Assembly (NCBI RefSeq): GCF_009914755.1
Contig: NC_060934.1
Direction: 5' to 3' (one strand)
From: the human T2T-CHM13v2.0 reference genome, Homo sapiens
Length of the DNA: 64,000 nt
The translations under genes and the position numbers were made by a program. The first letter of the stretch is position 1. Each line of letters starts with the position of its first letter. Under the pieces are notes generated by a model. That model had not been told where the DNA came from, searched no databases, and saw only the letters and a program-made list of their open reading frames with translations. Shown piece by piece: positions 12,890-29,288 of this stretch.

Positions 12890-13250
12890 CTAGATTAAGG
12901 CCACTTTGGCTGCAAGTGACAAAACTCTTCTCAAATTGGCTTAAGCAACAAATAGGAAATGTTTAAGGACACAACGGGTATCTTACAGAGTCTGGGGATG
13001 GGAAGGAGGTTGAGCCTTAGCCCACCTGGAAGCAGGGGCTGCCACGGATGTGTGCCTCCTGGATGTGTCTGGGGTGGGCTGTGGCTGCTAGTGGCTCCTG
13101 GGATGGGGCTGAGCCTAGTGGGGAGAGGGGGAAGATGAGGAGGAGGCGGATTCCATCCAGCTCTGGTCTTCCCTTCCTGCCTCATCTGGGGCAAGACCTC
13201 ACTTTCTCCTGCAGTGGGTGGTGTAAGGGTTCCATTTGAAATAATGGTTC
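12890..13250 (-). mobile_element. Old MaLR/ERVL LTR fragment
   Basis: ttggctgcaagtgacaaaa...ggcttaagcaac terminus typical of old MLT1 elements. Confidence 0.5.
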
Positions 13251-13584
13251 TGTGGTGAAGAAAGAAATTGGAAATAACTAGATAATTTCTTGGCCTCTTC
13301 ACAAATTCTATAGCTTTGAGGATTACAACCACTTGATAGTCACAAGTGACAGGAGCGGTGCTTGAAGAATAAGCCATTTCTTCACTCTGTGATCATTTAC
13401 CCAACAAAGGGGGAGCAGCTGAGGGTCGCAAGGGTAACAGATGAGCAAGGTACAGCAATGGCTGTGAAGGTGCCGCCTGTCTGGTTGCTATTCTGGAGGC
13501 TGGGTGTTCCAGGATGTGGTTTTTCACTCAAGGTCTCTGTACTTTCCTTTTATCTTTCTATTAAATTTTTTTTGATAGAATCTT

Positions 13585-13600
13585 TATATATGCGCGCGCG

Positions 13601-13644
<44 letters not shown>

Positions 13645-13645
13645 T
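13585..13645. repeat. (TA)n(CG)8(CA)15 compound microsatellite
   Basis: Direct reading. Confidence 0.95.
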
Positions 13646-13920
13646 TGATGCATTTATTTCAACGATTTGTTCGACACATACTTATTGAGTGCCTACCAGG
13701 GGTTCCAGGCTCTGCAGATAGAGCAGTGAACAAAACAGAATTGGTGCGCTGTCCTCCTGGAACTAACTGGTTGGGATGGGGTGTGATTGCTTCTGCTTGA
13801 TGCTGGTATTCCCACTTTCTCATCAGCAGTAAAGTGCCATGGCCATTTGACTCCTCAACAAGCTTAGCCCTGATCTTTAGCAGGCTTGTCAGTCCTTTAA
13901 ATTAGTTTGGAAGGTTTCAA

Positions 13921-14706
13921 GTAGTGATTCTTAAAGTGTGTTCTGGAAACTCACATGGGTTATTTTTATCATAAAGCTAAAACACTTGTCTTTTTAAAAT
14001 CTCTGTCATGAGTGAACAGTGGAGTTATCCAAAGTCTACACGATGTGTGAAATCAAAACAGATTGAATGGAGAAGCAGACATATGACTCCAATTGACTTC
14101 TATTAAGCCAGCCAATATAGAGATTTGCAAATAAGCAAAACAATGCCGCTCAATTCACTAGTTTTTTAAATTTTTGAAAATATAGTTATTTTTTAAAAAA
14201 ACACCTAATTTATATTAACATGTTACACGTTTATGTTAAGGTACAATACATTTATTGTTTTTAATGAATTAGTGTCTTTTTTAAATGCTTTGGTTTTAAT
14301 TTCAAATATGGTAAATATCAATAGATATAATCCACACAAAATTCTTTGAGGTTCTTAATTTTTAAGAGTGTAAAGGGGGCTGGGCACAGTAGCTCATGGC
14401 TGTGATCCCAGCACTTTGGGAGGCCAAGGCAGGTGGATCACCTGAGGTCAGGAGTTTGAAACTAGCCTGGCCAACATGGTGAAACACCGTCTCTACTAAA
14501 AAACCAAAAATTAGCCAGTCGTGATGGCGGGTGCCTGTAATCCCAGCTACTCAGGAGGCTGAGGCAGGAGGATCACTTGAAACCAGGAGATGGAGGTTGC
14601 AGTGAGATTGCGCCACTGCACTCCAGCTTGGGCAACACAGCCAGATTATGTCTCAAAAAAACAAGAGTGTAAAGGGGTCTTGAGACCAAAAACTTTGACA
14701 ACTGCT
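13921..14706 (+). mobile_element. hAT Charlie1-family DNA transposon remnant with a nested Alu
   Basis: acagattgaatggagaagcagacatatga...ttctattaagccag; terminal gattcttaaagtgtg / actttgacaactgct. Confidence 0.75.
14378..14662 (+). mobile_element. AluS
   Basis: TSD aagagtgtaaaggg. Confidence 0.95.
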
Positions 14707-15549
14707 AATTTAGAGGCAAAGGGTATTGCATGTGATGGGAGTCAGCATTCTCAGTAGCAATGAAATTGATTTAAAGCATATTAGAGAAAGAATTGTAAGG
14801 AGGCTCTAGAACCAGTCTCAGAAAGCTACCAGGATCTAGGAAAACTAGGAGGTCAGTTGCGGCCAATGTCACAGAACCAGGCTGGTGAGGACATCACTGT
14901 GTACTGCTGAGCGCAGGACACCATAGTTTCTCCTCGCTAACCCTGGAGGCACCGCCACCCTGGAAACTAGAGGCTGCTCCTGCCGCCAAACCCTCTGCCA
15001 TTCCTGATTCTTTTTGTTCCCGGCTCATGTGTGAGGTCTGGGATGGATACATCTCACTGTGGGCCTAGGTCGTGGTCCAAGGCCTGGCAGCCACAGAGCC
15101 GAGGGAAGTGAGTGTGACTGTGTGGGCTCCCATAGAGGGAGGTGGGCCCAATCTCTCACCCAGAGGCAGGTGTAGAAAGTGATGGGCAGCCGGACAAAGT
15201 TCCCTTCAACCTGGTGTGTTTCAGAGAATGTCCTGGGGCTCTGTTTGCCCTCTCTAACCACATCCCTTGAGAAATCAGGGGAGCTAGAGATGGAGGGCAG
15301 TCAGTGTTACTGCTTCTGGCCCAGTCTCCTGTGTACTTTTGTTTCTAAGCCTCGGAAGCTTAGGGATCTTTTGTGGCTGGATGATGGCAAGGTGCATGGA
15401 ATATAGAAAGAGGTCAGGAGAGTCTCTTATACTCCTGGGTCTGCCTCCTTCCTCAGTGAGGGGGAGGATGGAACTTAAGAGTATAGTGCAGCAATTAAGA
15501 GCTCAGTTTCTGGAATTAGACAGGTTAGCGGTCCCAATCTTGGAGGTGC

Positions 15550-15990
15550 CTTCTGCCTCCCTGGAGACAGCTGTTTCTGGACAGGGGCCAGCGGGCCATG
15601 TCAGGGAGACATGAGAGAGGGAGGAGGGAGACAGGCGGCAGCAGGAGCAGAGCTGGCTGGACAGGGCTTTGTCCACTTGATAAAGCTGGCATGTTCCTTC
15701 CAGCTGTCCCTGTGATGCTCGCTTATGTCTGGTTTTCTCATGACTCAGAGCCACAGGGCAGGCCTCTCCAGCAGTAGGGAGAATTTGGATTTGGATATGG
15801 TTTGAGATGAAATGAGGTAGAAGACTGTCTTCCTTTGCTGCCACCCACCACAACTCCCCAGGCCAGTGCTGGATCCCTTCTGGTGATCAGTGAGCCTGGG
15901 GACAGCCTGCCAGTTAGAGCTGGTGACCACTTTGGCTGGAGGTCTGCAGGAGTGTACAGGACCCAAGAGCCAGAGAATCATTCCTTTCTC
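15550..15990 (-). pseudogene. Exon-like segment (3' end uncertain)
   Basis: Very strong acceptor tttttctctctggcttctcattgcctcttcctag|; its phase-1 frame runs into the 116-aa ORF 15503-15853 with only 2 stops. Confidence 0.5.
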
Positions 15991-16518
15991 CTAGGAAGAG
16001 GCAATGAGAAGCCAGAGAGAAAAATCATGGACAACAGCATGGGCAATGGAATCCTGGGACCGAACGGCTCCTGACAAGAGTAAGTGAGGCTTTGAGCTCC
16101 TGGAGGGCAGGGACAATACTCATCTCTGACTCATTTCCCTGGCATCTGATGGACTGCCTCTCAGGATGGGTAACCACAGCTTGCAGGGAGCCCAGTCAGG
16201 TTCTGGCTCCCCCTTCCCTTCCCAGTACCCTCTTCCTCACCCAGTGTGCTCCTGCTAACACCTGGACCTCCGATCCGCAAGAAATTGCCTCCTAAACAAG
16301 TTCCTATGAAGGTGTCAGGCTGAATGTGCTCCTGTATTAAGGCTACTTGAATTTTAAAGGAAACAGTGAAGAGGGCATTGCTTTATCCAAATTGGCAATT
16401 CTCTAATGCATGTTTTTACTTGTTTCCCCAAGAGTGTAACAGGTGTTTTCTAAAATTCTTTTATTAAATTCTTTGTCAAGTGAATTTGGGAAATCTTGGA
16501 TGTTATAGCTCCTCCTCA

Positions 16519-16863
<345 letters not shown>

Positions 16864-16914
16864 TCATATTAAAGGCTCTAGGAGGTCCTGTGAGTTTTAA
16901 CCTGTTGGATTTTT

Positions 16915-17450
16915 AAGAAATAAGTCTTATTGAGGTATGGTTTACATACAATAAAACTTGCTCATTTTAATGGTGCAGTCTAATCAGTTTTGATGTACAC
17001 ACTCAGGTAACCAACATGACAGTTGAGGTCTAGGACATTTCTGTCAGCTCAAAAACTCCCTCATGACCCTTCATAGTCAATTCTCTTCCTCAACGTGCAA
17101 CCCCTGGCAGCCACTGATCTGTGTCTTCTATAACTAGAGTTGAGCCTTTTCTAGAATTTCACAACAATTGGAGTCATCCAGTAAGTTGTCTTTTGTGTCT
17201 CTGGTTTCTTTCCTCAGCATGATGTTTTCTGAGGTTGAGCTGTGTTGTGTTTATCAATAGTTTCTTCCTTTTTATTGCCAAGTAGTATTTCACTGCACGG
17301 ATGTGTCACTGTGAATCCACTCCCCAAGTCTGAGTGGTTTCCAGTTTTAGGTGATCAAGAATAAAACCACTATGAGTATTTGTGTACAAGTGCTTGTGTG
17401 GCTGTGTATTTTCATTTCCCTTGGGTAAACAACTATGAGTGGAATTGTTT
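16915..17450 (-). mobile_element. L1M 3' end fragment
   Basis: ttattgaggtat...tacatacaataaaa...gccactgatctg...ttgggtaaacaactatgagtggaattg. Confidence 0.75.
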
Positions 17451-17519
17451 AATTTTATTTGATCAAGGGACACTTAAACTGAACATCTGTTAATGAATAT
17501 TCTGAAAAACACAATTTGG

Positions 17520-18439
17520 AAAACATGGCTAAAATATTGGGCCTGTCAATACCATCCAGGCCGCCACCCTCACTGTCCTTGGGCAAATGCCAAGCTTATG
17601 GTGCCAGGCCCCTTGCTCTGCAGACATTTGAAAGGGGGAATGGGGTGGCCATGGCCTTATCAGACAGAGCTCAGCCGGAGAGGGGACTCAGGAGCTGGAG
17701 CCAGTGAGTGGAGTTGGCCTCAGAACTGTGGTATCTTTTCTTATCTAATAGTAAAATCCCAGATGCTAGTTGGCCCTGGTGCCCCATGGTGGAGAAGCAG
17801 TGAGTCTGGTCTGGAGCCCAGGTCCCAGATCTCCTTCTCATTGGTTTTAAGTAAAGAGGGAAAAGAGGCTCTGTAGCTGCTTTTCACAAATGTCGTCATT
17901 CTCATCAGCAGATGGTAGAGGAGAGAGGCTAATTCAGAACTCCTGTAGCATATAAAACAAAAACCAGCCAAAGGAACCCACAAGGTAAATGATATCATTA
18001 TAAGGGAAGTAAAGGAAACAGCATCTGTCCCTGCTGTGGCAGGAACCAGAGCTAGGATGCTGGAGAGGTGCCTGCTCCCTGGGCCTTGCAGGGAAGTGGT
18101 TCTCACTCAGTGGCAAGGGGAGCTGACGGCTCAGCAAATGCTCTATTAATCCCACCTGAAGAGAAGAACAGTTCGGGAGGGCTGGGCTAGGTCCCGATTT
18201 TAAATGTTTAATGCACATCTTGATCTTCCTTTTATTTGTTGTTGGACTGTCTGGACAGACTCTTGTGATTTTCCAGGTTTGTTGATCAATTAAAGTTGGA
18301 GAAGACACATGGTTTATCCCACCGCATGCCTTCTGATAGGTCATAGTATGTTGAAACATCCAGGGATAAGTTCATCTGATTGTGGGCTTAGCTGATATAG
18401 GGGCTGAGGGTGTGGAAGGTACCTGCCTTTTGCAGCAGC
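17520..18439 (-). pseudogene. Cluster of exon-like segments
   Basis: Three acceptors (18439 ttctttgttcag, 18155 tgttcttctcttcag, 17942 tttttgttttatatgctacag); the frame from 18437 is continuous with the 141-aa ORF and has one stop. Confidence 0.45.
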
Positions 18440-19292
18440 CTGAACAAAGAATTTAAAAACTCCGTTCCTTGCCTTTAGCTCCACTGGGCTCTCAGACCCC
18501 ACTGGAGAAGAACAGGGAAGAGACAGCTCTTTTCTGCAGCCACCTTCCTAGGCATTCTGTGGTTTTGCTGAAAGAGCAAAGGCTTCTGGAAACAGACCCA
18601 TGTTCCCGATCCTGGCTCTGTCACTGACGAGCTAAGGCCAGGGCCCTCTCTTATGTCTTAGTCTCCTTGTCTGTAAAATGAGGGCATGTACCCACTTCAG
18701 AGGTGTTAGGAGGAGTATATACACATGATGCCTTATGTGGGTACAGTAGTGCCTAGCACAGTATTAGCTGTAGAATAAATGGGAATTCATAACCCCTCAT
18801 TTCTAGATCAACCCCTGTAAGTCCACCCAAGAACACTGTGTGCCTGAACGAAAGGCAGGTAGGAAGAAGGCAGGGAGGAGAGTGCTTGGGTAAAAAGACA
18901 CTGTGGTGAAGCATTCCTCTACTGGAGCCCCTTTCTCAGAATCCTAGACTCCTAAAACACCAGGATTGGAAGTTTCTTTGGAGGTCTTTTATTCAACTGT
19001 TCACTTCATGCAGGAGATGACTTTCCAAAGTCCTTGCCAAATGTCATCCAATTTTCCCTGGAACATCTTCAAAATAGTGTAGTGGGTGCAGAAATAGTCT
19101 CCACCACTTCCTAACCCTAACCCTGGGCTAGTTCCTTAGCCTCTCCCTGTCTCAGTTCCCTTAACTGTAAAGTGAGAGCAATAATAATAGGATTGCTCTA
19201 AGGACGAGTTAATACCTGTGCCTAAAGTGGTCTTTGGAAAGCGCAACCTCTCAAAAAATACCAACTTTAAACACGATTATTATTGCTATAAC

Positions 19293-19589
19293 CTTTTCAG
19301 GGTTGAGGACAAAGCTATGGCTGGTTACACCCCAAAACCTCCCTGGCACCTCAGGGCAGCTTTGGTCCAGAAAAGGAAGCTCTCTCTGTCTTCATGAAAT
19401 TTCCACTTAGGCATCCATTGATTATCCTTCTGTTCAGATTTTAATTTTTTTTTGGAGAGCCATCATCTCTTCCCTGGGTCTCTTCCTCTTTCATACTTAG
19501 TGCTTTATACCCAAGAGAATATTATTACATCGAACATGAAATTGTGGTTTTGGAGGTCAAAAACTGTCAGGTGTTTCATACGATTCAAC
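19293..19589 (-). pseudogene. Exon-like segment
   Basis: Acceptor ctgcttctgtgcag|; charged reading ...KKKLKSEQKDNQWMPKWKFHEDRESF with stops; donor weak. Confidence 0.35.
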
Positions 19590-19919
19590 CTGCACAGAAG
19601 CAGTGTCATCTTTGGGTCCCTGGAGTCACAATCACCACAGTTACTTTGGGTACCTGATTCCGGGTCCCTAAAGAAGATCTGAGAGGAGTGCCTAGAAATC
19701 TGCATTTCTAACAAGGTCTCCACTGACACAGTAGAAAGAACACTGGCCTGGGAACAGGAAACCCAAGTTTGAGGACCAGTCCTGTTTCTAGCTGGCCACA
19801 TAATCTTGGGAAAGTCACTTCAGTCTCTAGGTCTCTGCTCTCTTTTATCACCACAATGGGAATTGCAAGAAAGTGATCTTTAAGATTACCCCCAAGCCTG
19901 AACTTATATGGTTTATAAA

Positions 19920-20990
19920 ACACTTACTGGGTGCCTATTAGGAACTGAAGGTCACAAAAGATATAGTTCAAGCCTGCAAGGAGATTACTCTTGTTGGGAA
20001 GATTGAAACCAGATGAAGAGGCAGAGCAAAACAATGTGGAAGATAATACAGTACGGTGGCATCAGTGATATCACCGTGGAGAAAACGGTTACCTGCAAAT
20101 GTGTATTACTTCTATAGAAGCAGTGACGTGAGGCCTCTGTGGGTAGCGTAAGCTTCCTGAGGGAAAGGCCAAATTTGAGCAGCATCTTAGGTTGAGAGAA
20201 GGAAGAGTCAGCTTATCTTCTTTTCTCTTTGATAGTCCCAGCACTGGCTCCTAAAATTTCAGCAGTCTTTAAGGTACTACCTATGTTCATTTGCTCATTC
20301 ATTCATTCATTCATTCATTATCTACCTATTCATGAATATATATTGGGTGCTTACATATGGTGAACAAGATCAAATTAGTCCCTACTCTTAGAGAGCTTAA
20401 CATTGTAATGAAGGATATGACAAATATTAAACAGATTAAAAAAGTGGTGTAATGCTATGAAGAGAATTAAAGCAGGATGAAATAGTAACTGTGGTTTCTT
20501 CGGTTTGGGGGTAATGGTCAGAAAAGATCTCTCAGAAGACTGAGAAGCTATGACCTGAAAGTCAAGAAGAAGCCAAACAGGGCACGATCAGGGAAAGAAT
20601 GCTTCAGGTAGAGGAAACTGCCAGTGCTGAGGATCTACAGTGGGAATTTACAGGAATGAAAGAAACGCAGGAGAAGAGGGGAGAAAGGCAGGAGAGGGTA
20701 CAAAATATATCTGGTACAGTAGGCAGGGGTAAGATTGTGAAACGCTTCATAAACCAGAATAAGGATTTTATATTTTATGCTTAATTCTACATGCAATAGG
20801 GAACCGTTGAATGGCTCTAAGAAGAGGAACAACATGATTTGACTTAGGTTTTTGAGGGATCTCTCCAGCTACAGATTGAAGAATGATTGTAAAGAGGGTG
20901 AGTGGAAACAGGAGGCCTGGTGAGTATGTTATTGCAGAGTGGTCCGATGAGAGACAGTGATGGAGCAGACTAGTGAGGGAGCAGGTGGGG
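19920..20990 (-). mobile_element. L2 fragments with (CATT)n terminus
   Basis: ttcattcattcattcatt, gtgaacaagatc, gaagaggaacaacatgatttgact. Confidence 0.7.
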
Positions 20991-21551
20991 AACAGGGCAC
21001 AGGTGTTTAATCACTCAGGGTAGAGAGGGTAGGGGAGAGGCACACAAGGAGATAAGGGAAGGGCTCAATATTTAAAGCACAGTTTCTTAAACAGTTTTTC
21101 CTGCTCTAGTGGGAAAATCATGCACTCGCAAGAACAGTGTATCAATTCAATGGTGATTCTAAATTGGGGTTCCCCCGGAAGATGTGACAGCATATTGTTG
21201 CTGGAGGAATGTAGGGGGCATGCCCTACGCCTGCACCCCAGCAATTGCCACATGGTTTATGTTGTGACTGTGACACAAGTCCTAATTGTGAGAGAGGACC
21301 CAGGGTACTGCTGCTCAAAATGATAGGAAACATTGACAAATCCTAGCCCAGTTTGACTTTTTGAAAGCTTGTTCCTTGCTATTTTGACCCCCAAGTACAT
21401 TTTGATTTCAGGTCTGTAAATAAAATTATTTGTATTAGAATAATAAAAACATTAATTTTTTTGTTAAGATGATTTTATAGGGTAAATTCTAATAAGTAAA
21501 TTTAATTCTTTGATCATTTTTTATCTGATGCACCTAAAAATTTCCAGCCGA

Positions 21552-21844
21552 AGCTGGACCTGGTGGCTCATGCCTGCAATCTCAGCACTTTGGGAGGCTG
21601 AGATGGGAGAATCTCTTGAGGCCAGGAGTTTGAGACCAGCCTGGGAAACATATTGAGACCCCATGACTACAAAAAGTTTTAAAAATTAGCTGGGTACAGT
21701 GGCATTAGCCTGTAGTCCCAGCTACTCAGAAGGCTGAGGTAGAAGGATTGCTTGAGCCCAGAAGTTGGAGGCTACAGTGAGCTATGATTGTGCCACTGCA
21801 CTCCAGCTTGGGTGACAGAACAAGACCCTGTCTCTTAAAAAAAA
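21552..21844 (+). mobile_element. AluJ
   Basis: ggattgcttgagcccag, J-type right arm. Confidence 0.92.
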
Positions 21845-22271
21845 TTCAATCATTTTGGTTTTCATTTCCATTTTCATTATGAGAAATTCTATTCCATATA
21901 ACCAGTTTTTTTTGGAAGAGTTTGAAAGGATTAGTTCCTCAAATTTTTGGTAGAATTCAGTCATCACTCAGGTTGTTTTTTTTTCCATAATGATGTTTTT
22001 AAGTTCAATTTCCTTAGGCTTGATTTCGCAAATTTAAATTTTTTTCAGACATATGATTCTTTACTAAGTTTTAATGATAATGAATATGTTTCAGGTTCAT
22101 CCTCTCAACTCTCTATTTGTGTCCAGTCAAAATTCGCAATGCCAACACAATAGTTTCTAGTCCCATGATCCACTGAGAAAAACATGGATTCTTTAAAAGG
22201 TAAAATACATATTCAACATGATGCTGCACTCTCTTCCCCTCCTCCCTCAAAGGCTGACACTACTAATTCAC

Positions 22272-22973
22272 CGCTGGCACTTCCTATGGATTGAGAGACA
22301 GCTGTAGCTGATATTGAGCTTAGAATCAGATGGTTCAGACATCGAACCATTTCTGCATCAGCTGGTAAACAGCTGTGGCCTGGAGGGCTCCTTTTGGACC
22401 TCCCTATGCTGACCCAGCAACTAAAGAGTTAACACCCAAACCAGCAGGGCACCTGGAAGATCCCAGAAGGGTTGGGGTGAGGGTGAGGGTTGGGCAGGGC
22501 AGGGTTGGCCAGCACTGCAGCTGGCCATTTGTGCTGATTGGTGGATTGTTAACCTTTTTGAATATCACTCTGGGGAACAGTTTAAGAATCTTTCTCAGTA
22601 CAAGGCTCCAAGCAGACATTACTGAATTGATCAAAGTTGGTACTTTAGATGAAACCTATTTATCACCCCTGGATTAAGGTCTTATCTCCCTTAGGGATAT
22701 TTGGTTATAAACAGTGTGCTCTGAAGGTTAAAGAACCTCCAGGGCTCCAGGAACTGGACTTCTACTGCTGTACCTTCAAGTACCCTCCTTGGACAGAACT
22801 GGGGGCTGAGGCCAAATCACAGTTCCTGATCTGGATTGGCCTGACCTTTGAACATGAGATAGGGCAATCAATGGGGACGGGCACTAAAATGAACTCTAAG
22901 ACCCTCCCCTCATTGCCAAGGCTTCTAGCACAACAAGAATGGCTTGTTCAGGCCTGCATTCAGTCTTGACATT
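22272..22973 (-). pseudogene. Exon-like segment
   Basis: Acceptor ctggcttctacactgcag|, donor GCG|gtgaat; unique sequence; many stops. Confidence 0.35.
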
Positions 22974-23123
22974 CTGCAGTGTAGAAGCCAGGGGCATCAG
23001 TGGTTTCTCTGCTACATGTTTTCATTTTTGTAGAAATCACGTTGCCTATAGATAGCAAAACTAGCTTGGTATAAAAACAGCATGACTTGTGCCCTTAAAA
23101 ATATTAAGTAAAAATAATTTGCC

Positions 23124-23452
<329 letters not shown>

Positions 23453-23878
23453 TTAGTAAGTGGCAAAGTACCCCTGATTTTGAAACATGTATGGTCGTGA
23501 TATCAAGAGTGACAACCTGGGCAAAAGAGAGCCATTGCAAAGAAGAAAGGCCTTTAGGGAAATGGAGCAGAAAGAGGAAGCAGTAAGATATCGTCTTTAG
23601 CGCCTACAACCATATATGGATTGGGTGGTCCAGAAGGAAGAATGTGGCAACCTCCCACAGGGGCTGTCGGCACTGCTGTGGTGGGATGGGCAGGAATGAT
23701 TTCTCCCTCCAGGATCACTCTGTTTCCAATGAAAGACTTTTAGAGTTGTCACAGCTCTTATTTTTTCAGTGAGGTGATTGAAGTCCAGAGGAATTAACTG
23801 ACTTGTGCAAGACCACACAGCTAGCCCAAGATCCATTCAGAGCCAAGAAAGAGAGTCCTGACGGCACATTCTAGTTAC

Positions 23879-26178
<2,300 letters not shown>

Positions 26179-26819
26179 CTGCACGAATTAGAATAAACAC
26201 TGAACCCAGCAATCAGTTCTATATTTAGTTCTTAATAGCTAGGCCGAGTGTGTGTGTGTGCGTGCACACGCGCATGTGCACGCATACAGAATATTAAGAA
26301 AAAAATTAAAGGTGAGTGCTTCTGTGATGTGTGAAGCTGGTTAACCCATATATGTGGCCTGGAGAGAATTCCTGGGCAGGTAGAACTAGGGCCAATGGCT
26401 GAGGGATCTCTTTCTCTGCTGAAAGTCACTGTTTCTTTATTTGAATATAGGGGAAAATAATACTACATCTCAGGATAAATGTGCAGATCAAAGGAAGCAG
26501 GGAATGTGGAAGGACCCTGCATAGTTACTAGGGTCTAGCTGGTATTCAGTAGACATGTAGCACTTACAGAATCTCAGCCCTGAATGGACTTTAAGGTTCT
26601 AGAAGGCTAAGGTACCTGTCTCCTGCTATGTCCTTGACAATTCCTAGGAAACCATGGGCCAAATAAGTAATAGTATAATAAGAGTTTATTACATTGAATG
26701 AAAGACAGTGTCTGCTTGAATGTTAATTTGATCAGAGTCCTGCCAGAGAATTCCCAGCCAAACAATGTTGTCTTGGGCCATCATAAGTAACAGAGCAGCA
26801 AGGTTGAGAGACAGCAGAA

Positions 26820-27320
26820 GGGTGGCATAGGATGAGTCTCCAAACCCAATTGCTTGGGTTGGTGTCTCACTCAGGTATTTAAGAGCTGTGTGATCTTGGA
26901 CATGTCATTTAGCCTCTCTGAGCTGTGGTCTCTTCACCTGTAAAGGGGGTAGAATGGTAATACTAATGCCCCAGGGACAATATGTAAGTCTATAGAATAT
27001 ATATAAAATGCTTGGAACTGTGCCTGGTGCACAGTGTTTGTTGTTGTTGTTATTGTCGTTACCATTTACTTATTATTGCTCTTAGTGGTTAAAAGTGTAG
27101 ACTTTGGTTTGAGTCTTGGCGTTGCCACTTACCACTAACTTTGTGACCTTGGACAGTTTCTCAACTTTTCAAAGCCTCTATTTCCTCATCTGTTATTTGA
27201 GGATGTCTCTTACTTCCTGGGGTTACTGTGAGGGTCAAATGAGACAATATGTGCAAAACACTTAGCATGGTATCCATCACAGAGAAAGCACTTCATTGAC
27301 GTTATCTATTTTATCATCTT
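26820..27320 (+). mobile_element. Two tandem MIRs
   Basis: gtgtgatcttggacatgtcatttagcctctctgagc; tgtgaccttggacag...tttcctcatctgt. Confidence 0.7.
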
Positions 27321-27379
27321 GAGAACACTATTCATTCATCAAATATTTCTGAAGCCTGTGCTGAGTGTAGGCTTGGTAC

Positions 27380-28044
27380 TGTAATAAAATTTCTTCCTTC
27401 TTTAATGAGGAAATGTGCACATCTTTTCTGTTTGGGAGGAACATGTACTTCCTCTATCCTAGGCAAAGCATTGTAATATTGTACAAAAATCTGGAGGAGA
27501 GTAAGGAGGGGTGGGGGATCCCTTACAGGGATTTGGCTCCAGTAGTCACCATGCTCATGAAGAAGCCCCAGCAACAAAGCATTTGCATACCCAGGACCTG
27601 GGACTGCAGCTGATGGACAAGTGGCCACAATCACCTCTGGGGTAGCCACCCATCCCAGTCTTTGAATGCCATCTGGCAATATTCTTAACTGTGCCCCCCT
27701 TTCACCTGAAAACTGTCCTGGGCTAGATGTTAAATTATATGGTTCCTGATACTTGATTTCCTTAAGACAAACACTCCCCTCTAGCTCAAAGGAATGTGGC
27801 TGCAAGTGCCATTTGGCTACATCTGGCGTTTGGGAAGGGTGCCTGGCACCTTGTGGATTGAGAGGGCAAGGGGGCCTCTCTGGTGTTGTCAGGGGGTGTC
27901 ACACAGGGAAGGCCAGGGAGAAAACATCTCCTTCCTTCTCCTGGAAAAGTTATAGGTGTTTATTTCTTTCTGTCTTTTTCCAGGTCATCACACTTTATAG
28001 AAACTTTGTCATCTTTGAAGAGTCTGAAAGTGAGTGGCTATTTA
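27380..28044 (-). pseudogene. Decayed exon (3' end uncertain)
   Basis: Acceptor cctctctgtgctgctctctctcag|; phase-1 frame from 28042 is in frame with the 157-aa ORF, giving about 236 codons with 3 internal stops. Confidence 0.55.
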
Positions 28045-28459
28045 CTGAGAGAGAGCAGCACAGAGAGGCCAAATTAAAACAACAACAACCACCCCCTGCC
28101 ACCCCACCCCCCGCCCCAGAAAACAAGCAACCAACCAGTGCCACAGAAAAAACTCTCACTTTAATTTCAATTCTGTTCTCTGTTGGTTGTGTGTGGTTGT
28201 TGATGGAGAAGTGTGTATCTGTCCCTGTGTTCTAACTTGTATAACTTTATGACAGCCTGGTGGGAGAGAGCATGGTACTATTGAGAGGAGGTATTGGTTG
28301 AATATTTTAGAGCTGTGTTCACTATAATTCATTAAAAAAACAATTAACTAGAAAGGGAAAGATAGAGATTTCCCAGGATTTCTACAATGCTGATGTGTTA
28401 CTTTTATTAGCAGGTCAAAAAATATATTTTTAGAAATAATGACTATCACAGTGAAACTT

Positions 28460-28830
28460 ACACAGTGATTATTGCATGCCAGGTTTTTTTTTTTAAATTC
28501 TTTCTACATATTAACTTCTTTAATCCTAACAACCAGCTTCTGGTTAAAAGATACTATCATTATCTCCAGTTTCCAGATATGGATACTGTGGCACAGAAAT
28601 GTTGACTGTTAATAACTTGCCCAACGTCAATGTCTGGCCAATGGTAGAGATTCTGCCCAAGAAGTCAGGTGCTAGAATCTAATTCTTTTTAGCCAAATTC
28701 CATATCACTTTCTAGACTAAAAGCCTGGGATAGGGAGATTGAGACACAGAAAGGTTAAGTAACTTGCTGAAGTCACACAGCTAAGAAGCAAGGGAGCAGG
28801 GGATCAAACTCAGCTCTTTCTAGGTCCAAC
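28460..28830 (-). mobile_element. MIR cluster
   Basis: gagacacagaaaggttaagtaacttgctgaagtcacacagcta. Confidence 0.65.
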
Positions 28831-29288
28831 GACCGTACCCTTAGGAGTTATTCATGTTTTTTCTCTTTCCTCATTGAGTTTCCTAAAAGATTATCATGAA
28901 GGCTCCGTGAGACAAGGTATGTGGGTATGTTTAGCAAACTATAAAGCACCATACAAGCTGTCGTTTGTAAATTAGATTCAAGAACTAGAGGGGAAACAGG
29001 AAGAAACTCACCTTGCATTTGAGGTGCAGAAGACAGACCCATACCCTTGCAGTGAGGAGATAAAATAGTAGAGATGCAAAGGAAAATCAGGTGGGATCTT
29101 AAAACCAGACAGAGTGGAAGAAGGGAACATTTCTCTTTTAGTGCTAAATGTGCTGAGTGATAAAAGTAACAGACCCAGCACTTTGTTCTCTGTGACCACG
29201 GCTCAGAACCCAATGCTGTTAAAACGTCTTCAGCAACAACAGTAGCAACTTCATTTTAGCCAAAGACATTTTACCTCCTTCCTCTCAC

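Noticed and set aside
19110-19125. Telomere-like ctaaccctaaccc
   Set aside because: Only two units, within a MIR-like context.
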